Shown here in pieces: positions 29,807-38,222 of a stretch of 53,604 nt of DNA. The stretch lies in contig JACPEV010000016.1 in assembly GCA_016183325.1 (NCBI GenBank), positions 1 through 53,604 of the forward strand, given 5' to 3'. The stretch is from Candidatus Curtissbacteria bacterium (lineage in GTDB: Bacteria > Patescibacteriota > Microgenomatia > Curtissbacterales > GWA2-41-24). How positions within the stretch are numbered: the stretch's first letter is position 1; the number at the start of each line of letters is the position of its first letter. Both the position numbers and the translations under genes were made by a program. The notes below the pieces were generated by a model that was not told the DNA's origin, did no database searches, and worked only from the letters and a program-made list of their open reading frames with translations.

Positions 29807-29929
29807 GTAACAGGTTAGTTCTTTCCTGTGTCATTCTGGAAGGAGGCTGAAAAGCCGACTGATAGAATCTCATAGATGCTATCGCTTGCGCTCCAGCATG
29901 ACGATCACTGGAGAAAACTAACCTCTTAC
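29807..29929 (+). mobile_element. ~125-bp MITE-like element, copy 1
   Basis: TIRs gtaacaggttagtt/aactaacctcttac (13/14); inverted copy at 49255-49381; partial copy at 36939. Confidence 0.75.
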
Positions 29930-29938
29930 TTATTTTGG

Positions 29939-30113
29939 CTTTGCGAAGCATACTATGCTGATATATATCAGCCTACGCCTTCGGCGAATCTGATATATCA
30001 GAGGAGCGCCATTCCCGCTTGGCGGGAAGGCGACCTGATAATAATTTCGCGGGAGCGAAAATATATCAGTGAGCTCATGAGCTATAGCGCAATGAGCGAG
30101 GCTGATATATAAT
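29939..30113. repeat. ctgatatat/atatcag palindromic repeat cluster
   Basis: Several ctgatata(ta)tcag units separated by GC hairpins; related copy at 45752-45812. Confidence 0.7.
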
Positions 30114-30121
30114 TGTCGGCA

Positions 30122-30274
30122 ATGATCCTGCCCATTGATGAAGAAGAAATTAAATTAAAAAAACGCAATCGCGCCAGAAAACTTTCCCCCAAAAAACATA
30201 AGATTGTCCATGAATCAGGCAGATCGACTAAAACTTTATGGAAAAAAATTATAGAAGGAGTTATAAAAAAATGA
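30122..30274 (+). CDS. small basic hypothetical protein (50 aa)
   Basis: MILPIDEEEIKLKKRNRARKLSPKK...; ATG lies 8 nt after TATAAT; below the ORF-track cut-off. Confidence 0.5.
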   Translation: MILPIDEEEIKLKKRNRARKLSPKKHKIVHESGRSTKTLWKKIIEGVIKK

Positions 30275-30305
30275 ATCCTGTTAAACTAAGAAATGGAAGA
30301 AGCTA

Positions 30306-33209
30306 ATGCTCGGATTTCTTACAAAATTCCTTGACTCCAACGAGAAGCAAGTTGCCCGACTTGGGCCCCAAGTAGAAGCTGTTAATAACTTAGAGAAGAA
30401 ATTCCAAAAGTTAACCGACGAAAAACTTAAAGCCAAAACTGCCGAATTTAAACTCCGCCAAAAGCGCGGCGAAACTCTCGATGATCTGTTGCCCGAAGCT
30501 TATGCGGCAGTACGTGAAGCTGCCAGGCGCAGCCTGGGCCAAAGACATTTCGATGTCCAAATCTTAGCCGGAATCGTTCTGCACCAAGGTAAAATCGCCG
30601 AGCAAAAGACTGGGGAGGGGAAAACTCTCACCGCCTCACTGGCGCTTTACTTAAACTCCCTTGCTACCCGTGGCGTCCATCTGGCCACCGTCAATGATTA
30701 TCTTGCCCGCATCGGTCTTGGCTGGATGGGCCCTATTTATCAGGCACTTGGAGTCACCGCCGGTTGCATCATCCATGAAAAAGCCTTTCTCTACGATCCA
30801 AAATTTGAAGATAAGCAAGAAACAGATTGGCGTCTGAGACATCTTCGCCCCATAGATAAAAAAGATGCTTACAATGCAGATATCACTTATGGCACCAACA
30901 ACGAATTTGGATTCGATTATCTTCGTGACAATATGGTTTGGAACCTTACTGACATGGCCCAGCGCGGCCATTTCTTTGCCATTGTTGACGAAGCAGATTC
31001 AATCTTAATTGATGAAGCCAGAACCCCGCTAATCATTTCCGCTCCTTCTGCCCAAGCAACCGACAAATATTATCAGTTTGCCAAACTGGTCCAGGAACTT
31101 TCCGGCGATACCGACTATGTCAAAGATGAAAAATTAAAAACCGCCAATTTAACCGAACACGGCATCACCAAGGTCGAAAAACGTCTTGGAGTAGCAAACC
31201 TCTATGAAAAAGATTTTGGTACCATCCACCATATTCAACAGGCCCTTCGTGCAAGAACATTGTTTCAAAAAGATAAAGATTATGTTGTCAAAGAAGGCGA
31301 AATCATAATCGTTGACGAATTTACAGGCAGACTTATGCCCGGCCGCCGCTGGTCAGAGGGCCTCCACCAGGCTATTGAAGCCAAGGAAGGCACAAAAATC
31401 CAGCAGGAATCACAAACCCTGGCAACTATCTCTTTTCAAAATTACTTTAGACTTTACGAAAAACTTAGCGGCATGACCGGAACTGCAGCAACCGAAGCTG
31501 AAGAATTTCATAAAATTTATAAGGTTGAAGTTGTGGTCATTCCGACAAACAAACCCATGATTCGAAAGGATCATTCCGATGTCGTCTACAAAACTTTCAA
31601 GGCAAAATTCACCGCCGTTGCCCACGATGTCATTGAAAGATACGAAAAAGGCCAGCCGGTTCTAATCGGCACAACCTCAATTGAAAAAAACGAATTCCTT
31701 TCGTCTCTTTTGAAAAGGAAAGGAGTCACCCATCAAATCTTAAATGCCAAAAACCACCAAAGAGAAGCCGAAATCATTGCTCAGGCCGGCACCAAAAACT
31801 CAGTCACCTTGGCAACTAATATCGCCGGCAGAGGAGTCGACATTATTTTGGGCGGCACACCTCCGACAGATAAACTCGGTAGACCTCTCATCAAAGGTAA
31901 TGATTATCAAAAATGGCAAAAGGAACACGCAGAAGTTGTCGAACTTGGCGGTCTTCACGTTGTCGGTACAGAAAGACACGAAGCCAGACGAATCGACAAT
32001 CAGCTTCGGGGTCGTTCCGGCCGTCAAGGAGATCCGGGCTCTAGCAAGTTCTATGTTTCACTCGAGGACGATATCATGCGTCTTTTCGGAGGAGAACAAA
32101 TCGCCAGAATTATGACCGCTTTCAAACTTCCCGAAGACACCCCGATCGAACATGGCATGGTTGGAAAAAGCATTGAAAATGCTCAAGTTAAAGTTGAGAC
32201 TCACAACTTTGATATCAGAAAGCACTTGGTCGAATACGACGATGTGGCCAACAAACAGAGAGAAATTATCTACGGAGCGCGCCGCGATATTTTAGAAGCC
32301 GCTCAAGATCCTCAAAAAGCGCAAAAGTTAAAGGAAGATATCACTGCCAAAATTGAAAACGAGATTGAAAACCTTGTTCTGTTAAATTCTCAGGAAGAAA
32401 GTGTTTCAAATCAAGGGCAGATAATTAAAGAGCTGACAACCATAATTCCATTTGACGAAACATCAGCAGGCAAATTGCTTGAGGACGGCCAAAAGATAAC
32501 CGCCTCGCAGAAATTAATTGAATTTCTAAAGGGAGTCGTAAGCCATGTGTACCAGGAAAGAGAAAAATCGCTTGGTGAAACAACCGCCAGAGATATTGAA
32601 AAATTTGTTTCACTTTCTGTTGTCGACACTCTGTGGATCCAGCATCTTGACACACTCGACGACCTTCGCGAAGGCATTGGCCTTCGTGCCGCCGGCCAAC
32701 GCGATCCCTTGGTCGAATATAAACAAGAAGCCTTTAATCTATTTGAAAAATTAATGGCTTCAATTGATTACGAAATTGTTCACCGAATCTTTAAGGTCCA
32801 AGTTCGTCAGCAGCCAACCATAGAACAGGTTGAAGAGCGCGGCGTCGAGGTCCACCCCGAAGCTAAACTTGGGTCACCAGGCGACCAGGCTATCAGGCCA
32901 TCAGGCAATAGTGCTGCTCCAGATAACCTGATAACCCGACAACCCGGTAACCTAGAGAAAGATCCTTCCGAAATGACCGACGCCGAGCTCGACGCCGAAA
33001 TCGCCCGCCTCGAAGCCCTCGAAAGAGGTAATCAGGTAGCCAGGCAATTAGGTAATCAGGTTATAGTTCCAGATAACCTGATAACCCGGCAACCCGGTAA
33101 CCAGCCACTGAAAGTGGCTAAGATCGGCCGCAACGACCCTTGTCCTTGTGGATCAGGATTGAAGTGGAAGAAGTGTGGTTTGATTGGCGCCTCACAACAT
33201 CACGGATGA
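30306..33209 (+). CDS. secA: preprotein translocase ATPase SecA
   Basis: TGEGKT, DEADSILIDEART, QLRGRSGRQGDPG and GRNDPCPCGSG motifs. Confidence 0.98.
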   Translation: MLGFLTKFLDSNEKQVARLGPQVEAVNNLEKKFQKLTDEKLKAKTAEFKLRQKRGETLDDLLPEAYAAVREAARRSLGQRHFDVQILAGIVLHQGKIAEQKTGEGKTLTASLALYLNSLATRGVHLATVNDYLARIGLGWMGPIYQALGVTAGCIIHEKAFLYDPKFEDKQETDWRLRHLRPIDKKDAYNADITYGTNNEFGFDYLRDNMVWNLTDMAQRGHFFAIVDEADSILIDEARTPLIISAPSAQATDKYYQFAKLVQELSGDTDYVKDEKLKTANLTEHGITKVEKRLGVANLYEKDFGTIHHIQQALRARTLFQKDKDYVVKEGEIIIVDEFTGRLMPGRRWSEGLHQAIEAKEGTKIQQESQTLATISFQNYFRLYEKLSGMTGTAATEAEEFHKIYKVEVVVIPTNKPMIRKDHSDVVYKTFKAKFTAVAHDVIERYEKGQPVLIGTTSIEKNEFLSSLLKRKGVTHQILNAKNHQREAEIIAQAGTKNSVTLATNIAGRGVDIILGGTPPTDKLGRPLIKGNDYQKWQKEHAEVVELGGLHVVGTERHEARRIDNQLRGRSGRQGDPGSSKFYVSLEDDIMRLFGGEQIARIMTAFKLPEDTPIEHGMVGKSIENAQVKVETHNFDIRKHLVEYDDVANKQREIIYGARRDILEAAQDPQKAQKLKEDITAKIENEIENLVLLNSQEESVSNQGQIIKELTTIIPFDETSAGKLLEDGQKITASQKLIEFLKGVVSHVYQEREKSLGETTARDIEKFVSLSVVDTLWIQHLDTLDDLREGIGLRAAGQRDPLVEYKQEAFNLFEKLMASIDYEIVHRIFKVQVRQQPTIEQVEERGVEVHPEAKLGSPGDQAIRPSGNSAAPDNLITRQPGNLEKDPSEMTDAELDAEIARLEALERGNQVARQLGNQVIVPDNLITRQPGNQPLKVAKIGRNDPCPCGSGLKWKKCGLIGASQHHG

Positions 33210-33216
33210 ATTTATA

Positions 33217-33335
33217 ATCCACAAGGACCCTGAGCGAAGTCGAAGGGCCCATGCAAAGCGATCAACCCTGATACTGGCAAACCATATAAGTACAAGAAGT
33301 GCGGCATGATCAACGCTCCATATCATAAAGGATAA
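33217..33335 (+). pseudogene. displaced secA 3'-end copy 2
   Basis: Reads IHKDP[20-bp repeat insertion]CKAINPDTGKPYKYKKCGMINAPYHKG*. Confidence 0.8.
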
Positions 33336-33359
33336 TCTTAGTATATAATATTAAAAATT

Positions 33360-34232
33360 ATGGGCGAAGGACAAAGTGACGAAAAGAGAGAAAAGGTTGA
33401 ACTCGATAAATATTCTTCTGAGGAAATTGTTAGATATTTGAGAGATAAATTATCTAAAGATCCAACTCAATTTCCAAACCCAAACGCACTATCGCTTCTT
33501 GATCAAATAATAAATTATCAGGCAAATGAACAAGTAGAAGAAAACTCAGTACAAACAGAGACAGAAGCAAGCGAATGGGCAAATAAAATAAAATATCATT
33601 TTTTACGTGGGAAATTTGGCAATGGATGGCAGACACGAAATGGACCATTACGTTTTGACTACAATACCAGTGATTTTAAATCCACAGAAGTAAAAGGAAG
33701 TTTCACTATCCCATCTGACTGGATAGTAGATAGAAATTATAAAAATATCAAGGCCATGGGGCTTCTTGTAGGTTACTTTTATGAAGTATCCAAGCAAAGA
33801 GATAAGAATTTTTTAATTGTTAGTGCACCATCAGCAGATGTAAACAGAGCAATTGGTCTGAGGGAGGATTATGTTCCACTGCAATATTTAATGTGGTCAC
33901 ATAAAGATGCCACACCTGACGCAAGAGGAAATCATGTTCCATTATCATTCTACTTCTTTCTGCCCGAACAAGAAGCAAAAGCCTTCTTAGAAAAAATAGG
34001 TAAAAACCCCGATTTGATTGAAAATGTATTTCAATTACAACATCCTGGATTGGTCGCACAAGGACAGGTCCAAAGAGTTAGGGTGGACCAGTTATCGAGA
34101 ATTGATGTTGAAACTGCCACAGCAAAGTTCGACCTACTCACAAATCCACCAGGTAATCCTTATGCAATAACTTCAGTAACCCCAAAAGAAACACTCAATT
34201 TCAAAAATCCGGTTGGGGAAATGCCAGGATAA
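33360..34232 (+). CDS. hypothetical protein (cargo between secA tails)
   Basis: 290-aa ORF with no motif recognised; its stop abuts tail copy 3. Confidence 0.75.
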   Translation: MGEGQSDEKREKVELDKYSSEEIVRYLRDKLSKDPTQFPNPNALSLLDQIINYQANEQVEENSVQTETEASEWANKIKYHFLRGKFGNGWQTRNGPLRFDYNTSDFKSTEVKGSFTIPSDWIVDRNYKNIKAMGLLVGYFYEVSKQRDKNFLIVSAPSADVNRAIGLREDYVPLQYLMWSHKDATPDARGNHVPLSFYFFLPEQEAKAFLEKIGKNPDLIENVFQLQHPGLVAQGQVQRVRVDQLSRIDVETATAKFDLLTNPPGNPYAITSVTPKETLNFKNPVGEMPG

Positions 34233-34279
34233 AATGGAAAAAATGCGGCCTTATCAATGCTCAATATCACAAGAGATAG
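34232..34279 (+). pseudogene. displaced secA 3'-end copy 3
   Basis: Reads KWKKCGLINAQYHKR*. Confidence 0.8.
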
Positions 34280-34289
34280 TGAAATCTTC

Positions 34290-34388
34290 AACGGTCTCAA
34301 TCTATCGATTAAGCGATAGATTAATATCATCACACTTTAAGACATGTCAAAAAATGTGATGGTTAAGCTATAGGTTCAACCTTGATTA
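34290..34388 (+). repeat. 99-bp direct repeat, copy 1
   Basis: 98/99 identical to 35581-35679. Confidence 0.9.
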
Positions 34389-34408
34389 CATTACCCTTTG
34401 CGTTACTA

Positions 34409-34456
34409 AAATGGAAAAAATGCGGCCTAATTAATGCCCCTCAACATAAAGGATAA
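34409..34456 (+). pseudogene. displaced secA 3'-end copy 4
   Basis: Reads KWKKCGLINAPQHKG*. Confidence 0.8.
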
Positions 34457-34506
34457 AATCCACCCTTTGACATTTTATAGTTATTTATGTAAACTATTTG
34501 TGTAAT

Positions 34507-34776
34507 ATGATTACACGTCTGAATGTATCAATGCCATCGGAAGTTGTCTCAAAAGTTAAGAAATTTACTTCAAAAAGGGGGGTCAGTCGGTTTTTGACGG
34601 AGGCCGCAAACGAGAAAATTGAAAAACTTGAGCGGGAAAAAGCCCTTGAAGAACTTCTAGCTGCACCTCCCTCATTCAAATTTCTAAAAGGTAAAAACGC
34701 CTCTGCTAGATGGGTGAGAGAATTGAGGCGAACCGATAATAAGAGATTGAAACGAATCTGGGGTAAAAGGGTCTAA
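34507..34776 (+). CDS. ribbon-helix-helix antitoxin (VapB-like)
   Basis: RLNVSMP...SRFL.EA pattern; upstream of the PIN toxin; TTGACA-17-TAAACT promoter. Confidence 0.75.
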   Translation: MITRLNVSMPSEVVSKVKKFTSKRGVSRFLTEAANEKIEKLEREKALEELLAAPPSFKFLKGKNASARWVRELRRTDNKRLKRIWGKRV

Positions 34777-34784
34777 AACCTTCA

Positions 34785-35174
34785 ATGAGAGGTGTATTGG
34801 TTGATACTGATATTTTGGTCGATTTTTTTCATAATCAAGATTATGCAAAAAAGTTAATTGGGCGCTTAGCCGAGGAAGGAAAAATTCACATTTCGATTTT
34901 AACTATTACGGAACTTCGAACAGGATTTACACCAGAACAGGCGGAATTTTTACTCCCAAAATTGTACAAAATGGTAACTATACTTCCCATAACGGTAGAT
35001 CAAGCTGAATTAGCTGGAAAATTTCGATATCAATATAGAATCAAAGGAAAAATCTTATCTACTATAGACACTTTAATTGCAGCTGCAACCCTGTCTAAAA
35101 ATTTACTTTTAATAACTCGCAACAAAAAGGATTTCCCAATGCCAGAAATTAAATTGTATGAATTGCAAAACTAA
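34785..35174 (+). CDS. vapC: PIN-domain toxin (VapC family)
   Basis: LVDTDILVD, EL..G, DTLIAA and TRNKKDF motifs. Confidence 0.9.
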   Translation: MRGVLVDTDILVDFFHNQDYAKKLIGRLAEEGKIHISILTITELRTGFTPEQAEFLLPKLYKMVTILPITVDQAELAGKFRYQYRIKGKILSTIDTLIAAATLSKNLLLITRNKKDFPMPEIKLYELQN

Positions 35175-35203
35175 CATCGCCCTTCGCAGTTCACGTCTCA
35201 ATC

Positions 35204-35247
35204 GGAAAAAATGCGGCTTAATTAATTCGCCGCAGCACAAAGGCTGA
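35204..35247 (+). pseudogene. displaced secA 3'-end copy 5
   Basis: Reads KKCGLINSPQHKG*. Confidence 0.8.
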
Positions 35248-35250
35248 ACC

Positions 35251-35433
35251 ATGAAAACAAATAAAGAAAAGAAGCAAGCAAAAGATAGTCTTTACTTCGA
35301 CGATTGTGCCTTGTGCCAAATGATGGAAGAATCGGAAAAAACAGGTAAGGTATTCACTATTTCCCAGATTAAAAAAGGATTTAAAAATATGAAACTAAAA
35401 GGCGCAATTGTTGGAGAAGATCTTTCAACCTAG
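35251..35433 (+). CDS. small CxxC hypothetical protein
   Basis: YFDDCALCQMM; starts 3 nt after the tail-5 stop. Confidence 0.6.
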   Translation: MKTNKEKKQAKDSLYFDDCALCQMMEESEKTGKVFTISQIKKGFKNMKLKGAIVGEDLST

Positions 35434-35580
35434 CGTTTCTTTGCGGCAAAAAAGAAAAATATTTATACAGCTAAAACCACAGAACAAGCGACGAAGGCTT
35501 TTGAAACATCCCAACCTGTAGTAATTGGCCGATTAGCGCTTAGCCCACAAAGATATTAAATTTAAAATTTAATAATCACT

Positions 35581-35679
35581 AACGGTCTCAATCTATCGAT
35601 TAAGCGATAGATTAATATCATCACACTTTAAGACATGTCAAAAAATGTGATGGTTTAGCTATAGGTTCAACCTTGATTA
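35581..35679 (+). repeat. 99-bp direct repeat, copy 2
   Basis: 98/99 identical to 34290-34388. Confidence 0.9.
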
Positions 35680-35709
35680 TCGATTATACTTATGAGATGC
35701 TAATTTTAG

Positions 35710-36936
35710 ATGGAGCAATCAAATTCTGTAAGAAGTAACCATTCTAGTGAGCAGCCTCAACACATAGACTCTACGTTACCGCAAGGGAAGAGTGTGAATA
35801 ACTCTGGAAGTACAAAAACTCCTTTTTGGAAAAGTGATACATTTTTTGTTATTACGATTTTTCTTTTTGGACCGTTATCATTCCTGTGGGCTCCAAAAGA
35901 AATCTTTGAATCACAAGTAACGATTACAAGACCATCTCCTTTAAAGCTACTTATGGCAGTTTTTCTCTCATTTGTTATCCCAAGCCTATTCACTTATATG
36001 GCTTATTCGAATATAGACATTTGGAAGACGAAACCAGATGTAGCAATACTTTTTATGATATGGATATTTATTTTTCTTGTTGTTAGTTTTATTAGTTGTT
36101 TTACACTATTTCCAGGGCTTGGCAATATTGTGAGAAGAAATAGGATCATTTTTGTAATCTCTTTCGCCATTATCTTGACTATTGTATCAACCTCGTTAGA
36201 TTTTATTGTAGTGATACTTGGAGCGTATGAGGGTGCACTCCCTTCAGTAATCCAAGACAATCTAGCAATCATCGTACTGACAGCAGTATCTATTGGATCC
36301 GCAATAACATATTTCAAAACGCGAAGTCCTATCCATAAAAAGATGGTCGGTACATTGACTGTTATAGTGATAGTGTTAACGATAGCAATTTTGCCTCTAT
36401 TTTTAACATGGGGTTCAGAAATAACAAAAATGTATGGCAATTATCTAAAAAAACAAGGCGATCTTGTTCCCGTGGTAGAGACCCGAATGGGATACACTAT
36501 TAATCTCTACCCAGCGGATGGCTATTGGCAATCACGGGAATTAGGAGAATATTCTCGAGTAACATCTAAAAATGGTTATCAACTTACAATTGAAAAAGCA
36601 CAAACAAATGAAACAACACTGGAAGGATTCGTTGAAGAAAGGATACAACAAATTAAGCAGCGAGCAGAGGAGAGGGCCTTAAAGCAAGGCGTTTCTTGTT
36701 ATCAGCCAGAATTTCAAGAGACTGTTAGTGATGATAACTGGCAAGGAGTACGAGTAACATTATCTGATTGTTTTGATGTAGGGGATATGAAAGTGTATCT
36801 GAAGCATAATAAAAATTTTTATGTAATTTCTCTAAATTATCCTTTGTCATATGCAAACTATGTAAACAAAGATGCGAATCGGCAGAGGGCCTTAAATAAT
36901 TTTAACTTAATGCTTGCTTCTCTTCAATTCCAATAA
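35710..36936 (+). CDS. multi-TM membrane protein with C-terminal soluble domain
   Basis: About six TM segments followed by a PsbP-like tail ending F..ML.SLQF. Confidence 0.7.
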   Translation: MEQSNSVRSNHSSEQPQHIDSTLPQGKSVNNSGSTKTPFWKSDTFFVITIFLFGPLSFLWAPKEIFESQVTITRPSPLKLLMAVFLSFVIPSLFTYMAYSNIDIWKTKPDVAILFMIWIFIFLVVSFISCFTLFPGLGNIVRRNRIIFVISFAIILTIVSTSLDFIVVILGAYEGALPSVIQDNLAIIVLTAVSIGSAITYFKTRSPIHKKMVGTLTVIVIVLTIAILPLFLTWGSEITKMYGNYLKKQGDLVPVVETRMGYTINLYPADGYWQSRELGEYSRVTSKNGYQLTIEKAQTNETTLEGFVEERIQQIKQRAEERALKQGVSCYQPEFQETVSDDNWQGVRVTLSDCFDVGDMKVYLKHNKNFYVISLNYPLSYANYVNKDANRQRALNNFNLMLASLQFQ

Positions 36937-36938
36937 GC

Positions 36939-36997
36939 GTAACAGGTTAGTTCTTCGGAAGTAGTCATTCTGGAAGGAGGCTGAAAGCCGACTGATA
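36939..36997 (+). mobile_element. truncated copy of the MITE-like element
   Basis: Left TIR gtaacaggttagtt plus the first internal palindrome; the rest is absent. Confidence 0.7.
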
Positions 36998-37082
36998 TAG
37001 GAGGGTAAGACGTCCCCTGAGGTCCCCTGAGGGACGGTCCTGAGAAGGATTGTTACAACAGTCCCAAAAACTAGAAAATTAA

Positions 37083-37115
37083 ATCAATCATTCAAAGTAA
37101 ATTGTGCAGTCAAAA
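37083..37115 (+). repeat. 33-bp direct repeat, left of the nitrogen module
   Basis: 32/33 identical to 40986-41018. Confidence 0.85.
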
Positions 37116-37170
37116 CTTCTTTTGCCAAAAAGATATTTTTGCATTATACTTAGGGGCTAAATTTGAGAAT

Positions 37171-37902
37171 ATGGCGACCAAAAAACCCAATGGTTTGACA
37201 GATAACGCTTCGTGGCTACAAGTTATAAACCTGCTTTCGGACCTTGTGGTTTACAACCATTACGATTTCGACGAGTTTTTGAAAAAACTAATAAAAGTTG
37301 TCATTGAAGTAATCCCTACAGACTCTTGCCTGATATATTTCTACGATCAAGATAAATCCGAACTTATCCTGATCGGATCTAAAAAACCGCATAAAGAACA
37401 ACTTGGAAAAATCATTTTGAGAAAAGGCGAAGGGATCACCGGTTGGGTTGCCGAACACAAGCAAACTGTCGCCATTGAAAAAGAAGCGTATAAAGACCCT
37501 AGATTTAAATTCTTTGAAGACCTACCGGAAGACACTTATGAAAGTTTTCTTTCGGTTCCTATTGTCAACCAAGCCGGTGTTGTTGGTGTCGTCAATCTGC
37601 AGAACAGAAAGCCTTACAAATTTTCAAAAATCGAAATTAAAACAATCGAATCTTTAGTCAAACTAATCGCTTCTGCATTTGTCAAAGTAGTTTTAAAAAG
37701 ACAAGTTGACCGACTTGAAAATCAGCTTGAAGAAAGAAAAGTAATTGAAAAAGCCAAAGGACTCTTAATGAAATACAAAAATTTGGATGAAGCGACAACT
37801 TACAAATTTTTAAGGCAAGAGTCGATGAATAGACGAAAATCGATGAAAGAGGTTGCTGAGTCTATATTGTTAGTTTATGAAGCGCTGGGAAAATATCCGT
37901 AA
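37171..37902 (+). CDS. GAF + ANTAR RNA-binding regulator
   Basis: GEGITGWVA...D.RF...SFLSVP (GAF); LEERKVIEKAKGLLM...LR..SM..R.SMKEVA (ANTAR). Confidence 0.92.
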   Translation: MATKKPNGLTDNASWLQVINLLSDLVVYNHYDFDEFLKKLIKVVIEVIPTDSCLIYFYDQDKSELILIGSKKPHKEQLGKIILRKGEGITGWVAEHKQTVAIEKEAYKDPRFKFFEDLPEDTYESFLSVPIVNQAGVVGVVNLQNRKPYKFSKIEIKTIESLVKLIASAFVKVVLKRQVDRLENQLEERKVIEKAKGLLMKYKNLDEATTYKFLRQESMNRRKSMKEVAESILLVYEALGKYP

Positions 37903-38000
37903 TGCGAAGTCTCATTTTTCCAAAAACAACAATTACTAATATACTAGTATATTAGTAGCAAACTGTCATTCAGAGGTTCGGCCAACTGAAGTCCGGCAAC

Positions 38001-38030
38001 TTGACAAAAGTGCTAGCATTCATTTAATCT
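38001..38030 (+). promoter_or_regulatory. glnA promoter
   Basis: TTGACA-18-TAATCT immediately upstream of the ANTAR hairpins. Confidence 0.6.
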
Positions 38031-38041
38031 AAAAGAGAATC

Positions 38042-38079
38042 ATCTTCAAAGTCGAAGATTCTTCAAGACAAAGTAGTCT
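38042..38079 (+). promoter_or_regulatory. ANTAR-target dual-hairpin RNA
   Basis: atcttc-AAAGTC-gaagat and agac-AAAGTA-gtct: two hexaloops with A1/G4, C-G closing pairs and a 6-nt linker; adjacent to the ANTAR gene. Confidence 0.85.
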
Positions 38080-38094
38080 CCAAAGCAGTTTAAA

Positions 38095-38198
38095 TATTCT
38101 TCGAGCGACCCTGAGCGAAGTCGAAGGGGAGTCGAGAAGTTACCTTAAAAATTATTAATATTTTAAGTGGTAAGTTCTCGCTAATCGCTCGAACAATA
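38095..38198. repeat. long palindromic repeat in the glnA leader
   Basis: tattcttcgagcg/cgctcgaacaata and cgagaagttacc/ggtaagttctcg pair; nested ccctgagcgaagtcgaaggg. Confidence 0.8.
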
Positions 38199-38222
38199 AT
38201 TTAATATCAGCAGAATTTTTAC

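Noticed and set aside
29396-30112. ORFs of 65-142 aa in the serS-secA gap
   Set aside because: They are translations of palindromic repeats (SLRGAKRRSNL, FPRKRES) on both strands, with no domain motifs.
34290-34388. 99-bp repeat as an integron attC site
   Set aside because: It starts with AAC and copy 1 contains GTTAAGC, but identity continues past the would-be crossover, copy 2 lacks GTTRRRY, and no intI is visible; IntegronFinder would settle it.
33162-35247. secA tails as a CRISPR array or DGR template/variable repeats
   Set aside because: Spacing is irregular (about 0.08-0.9 kb), no cas or reverse transcriptase gene is present, and the differences are codon-position-biased rather than adenine-specific.
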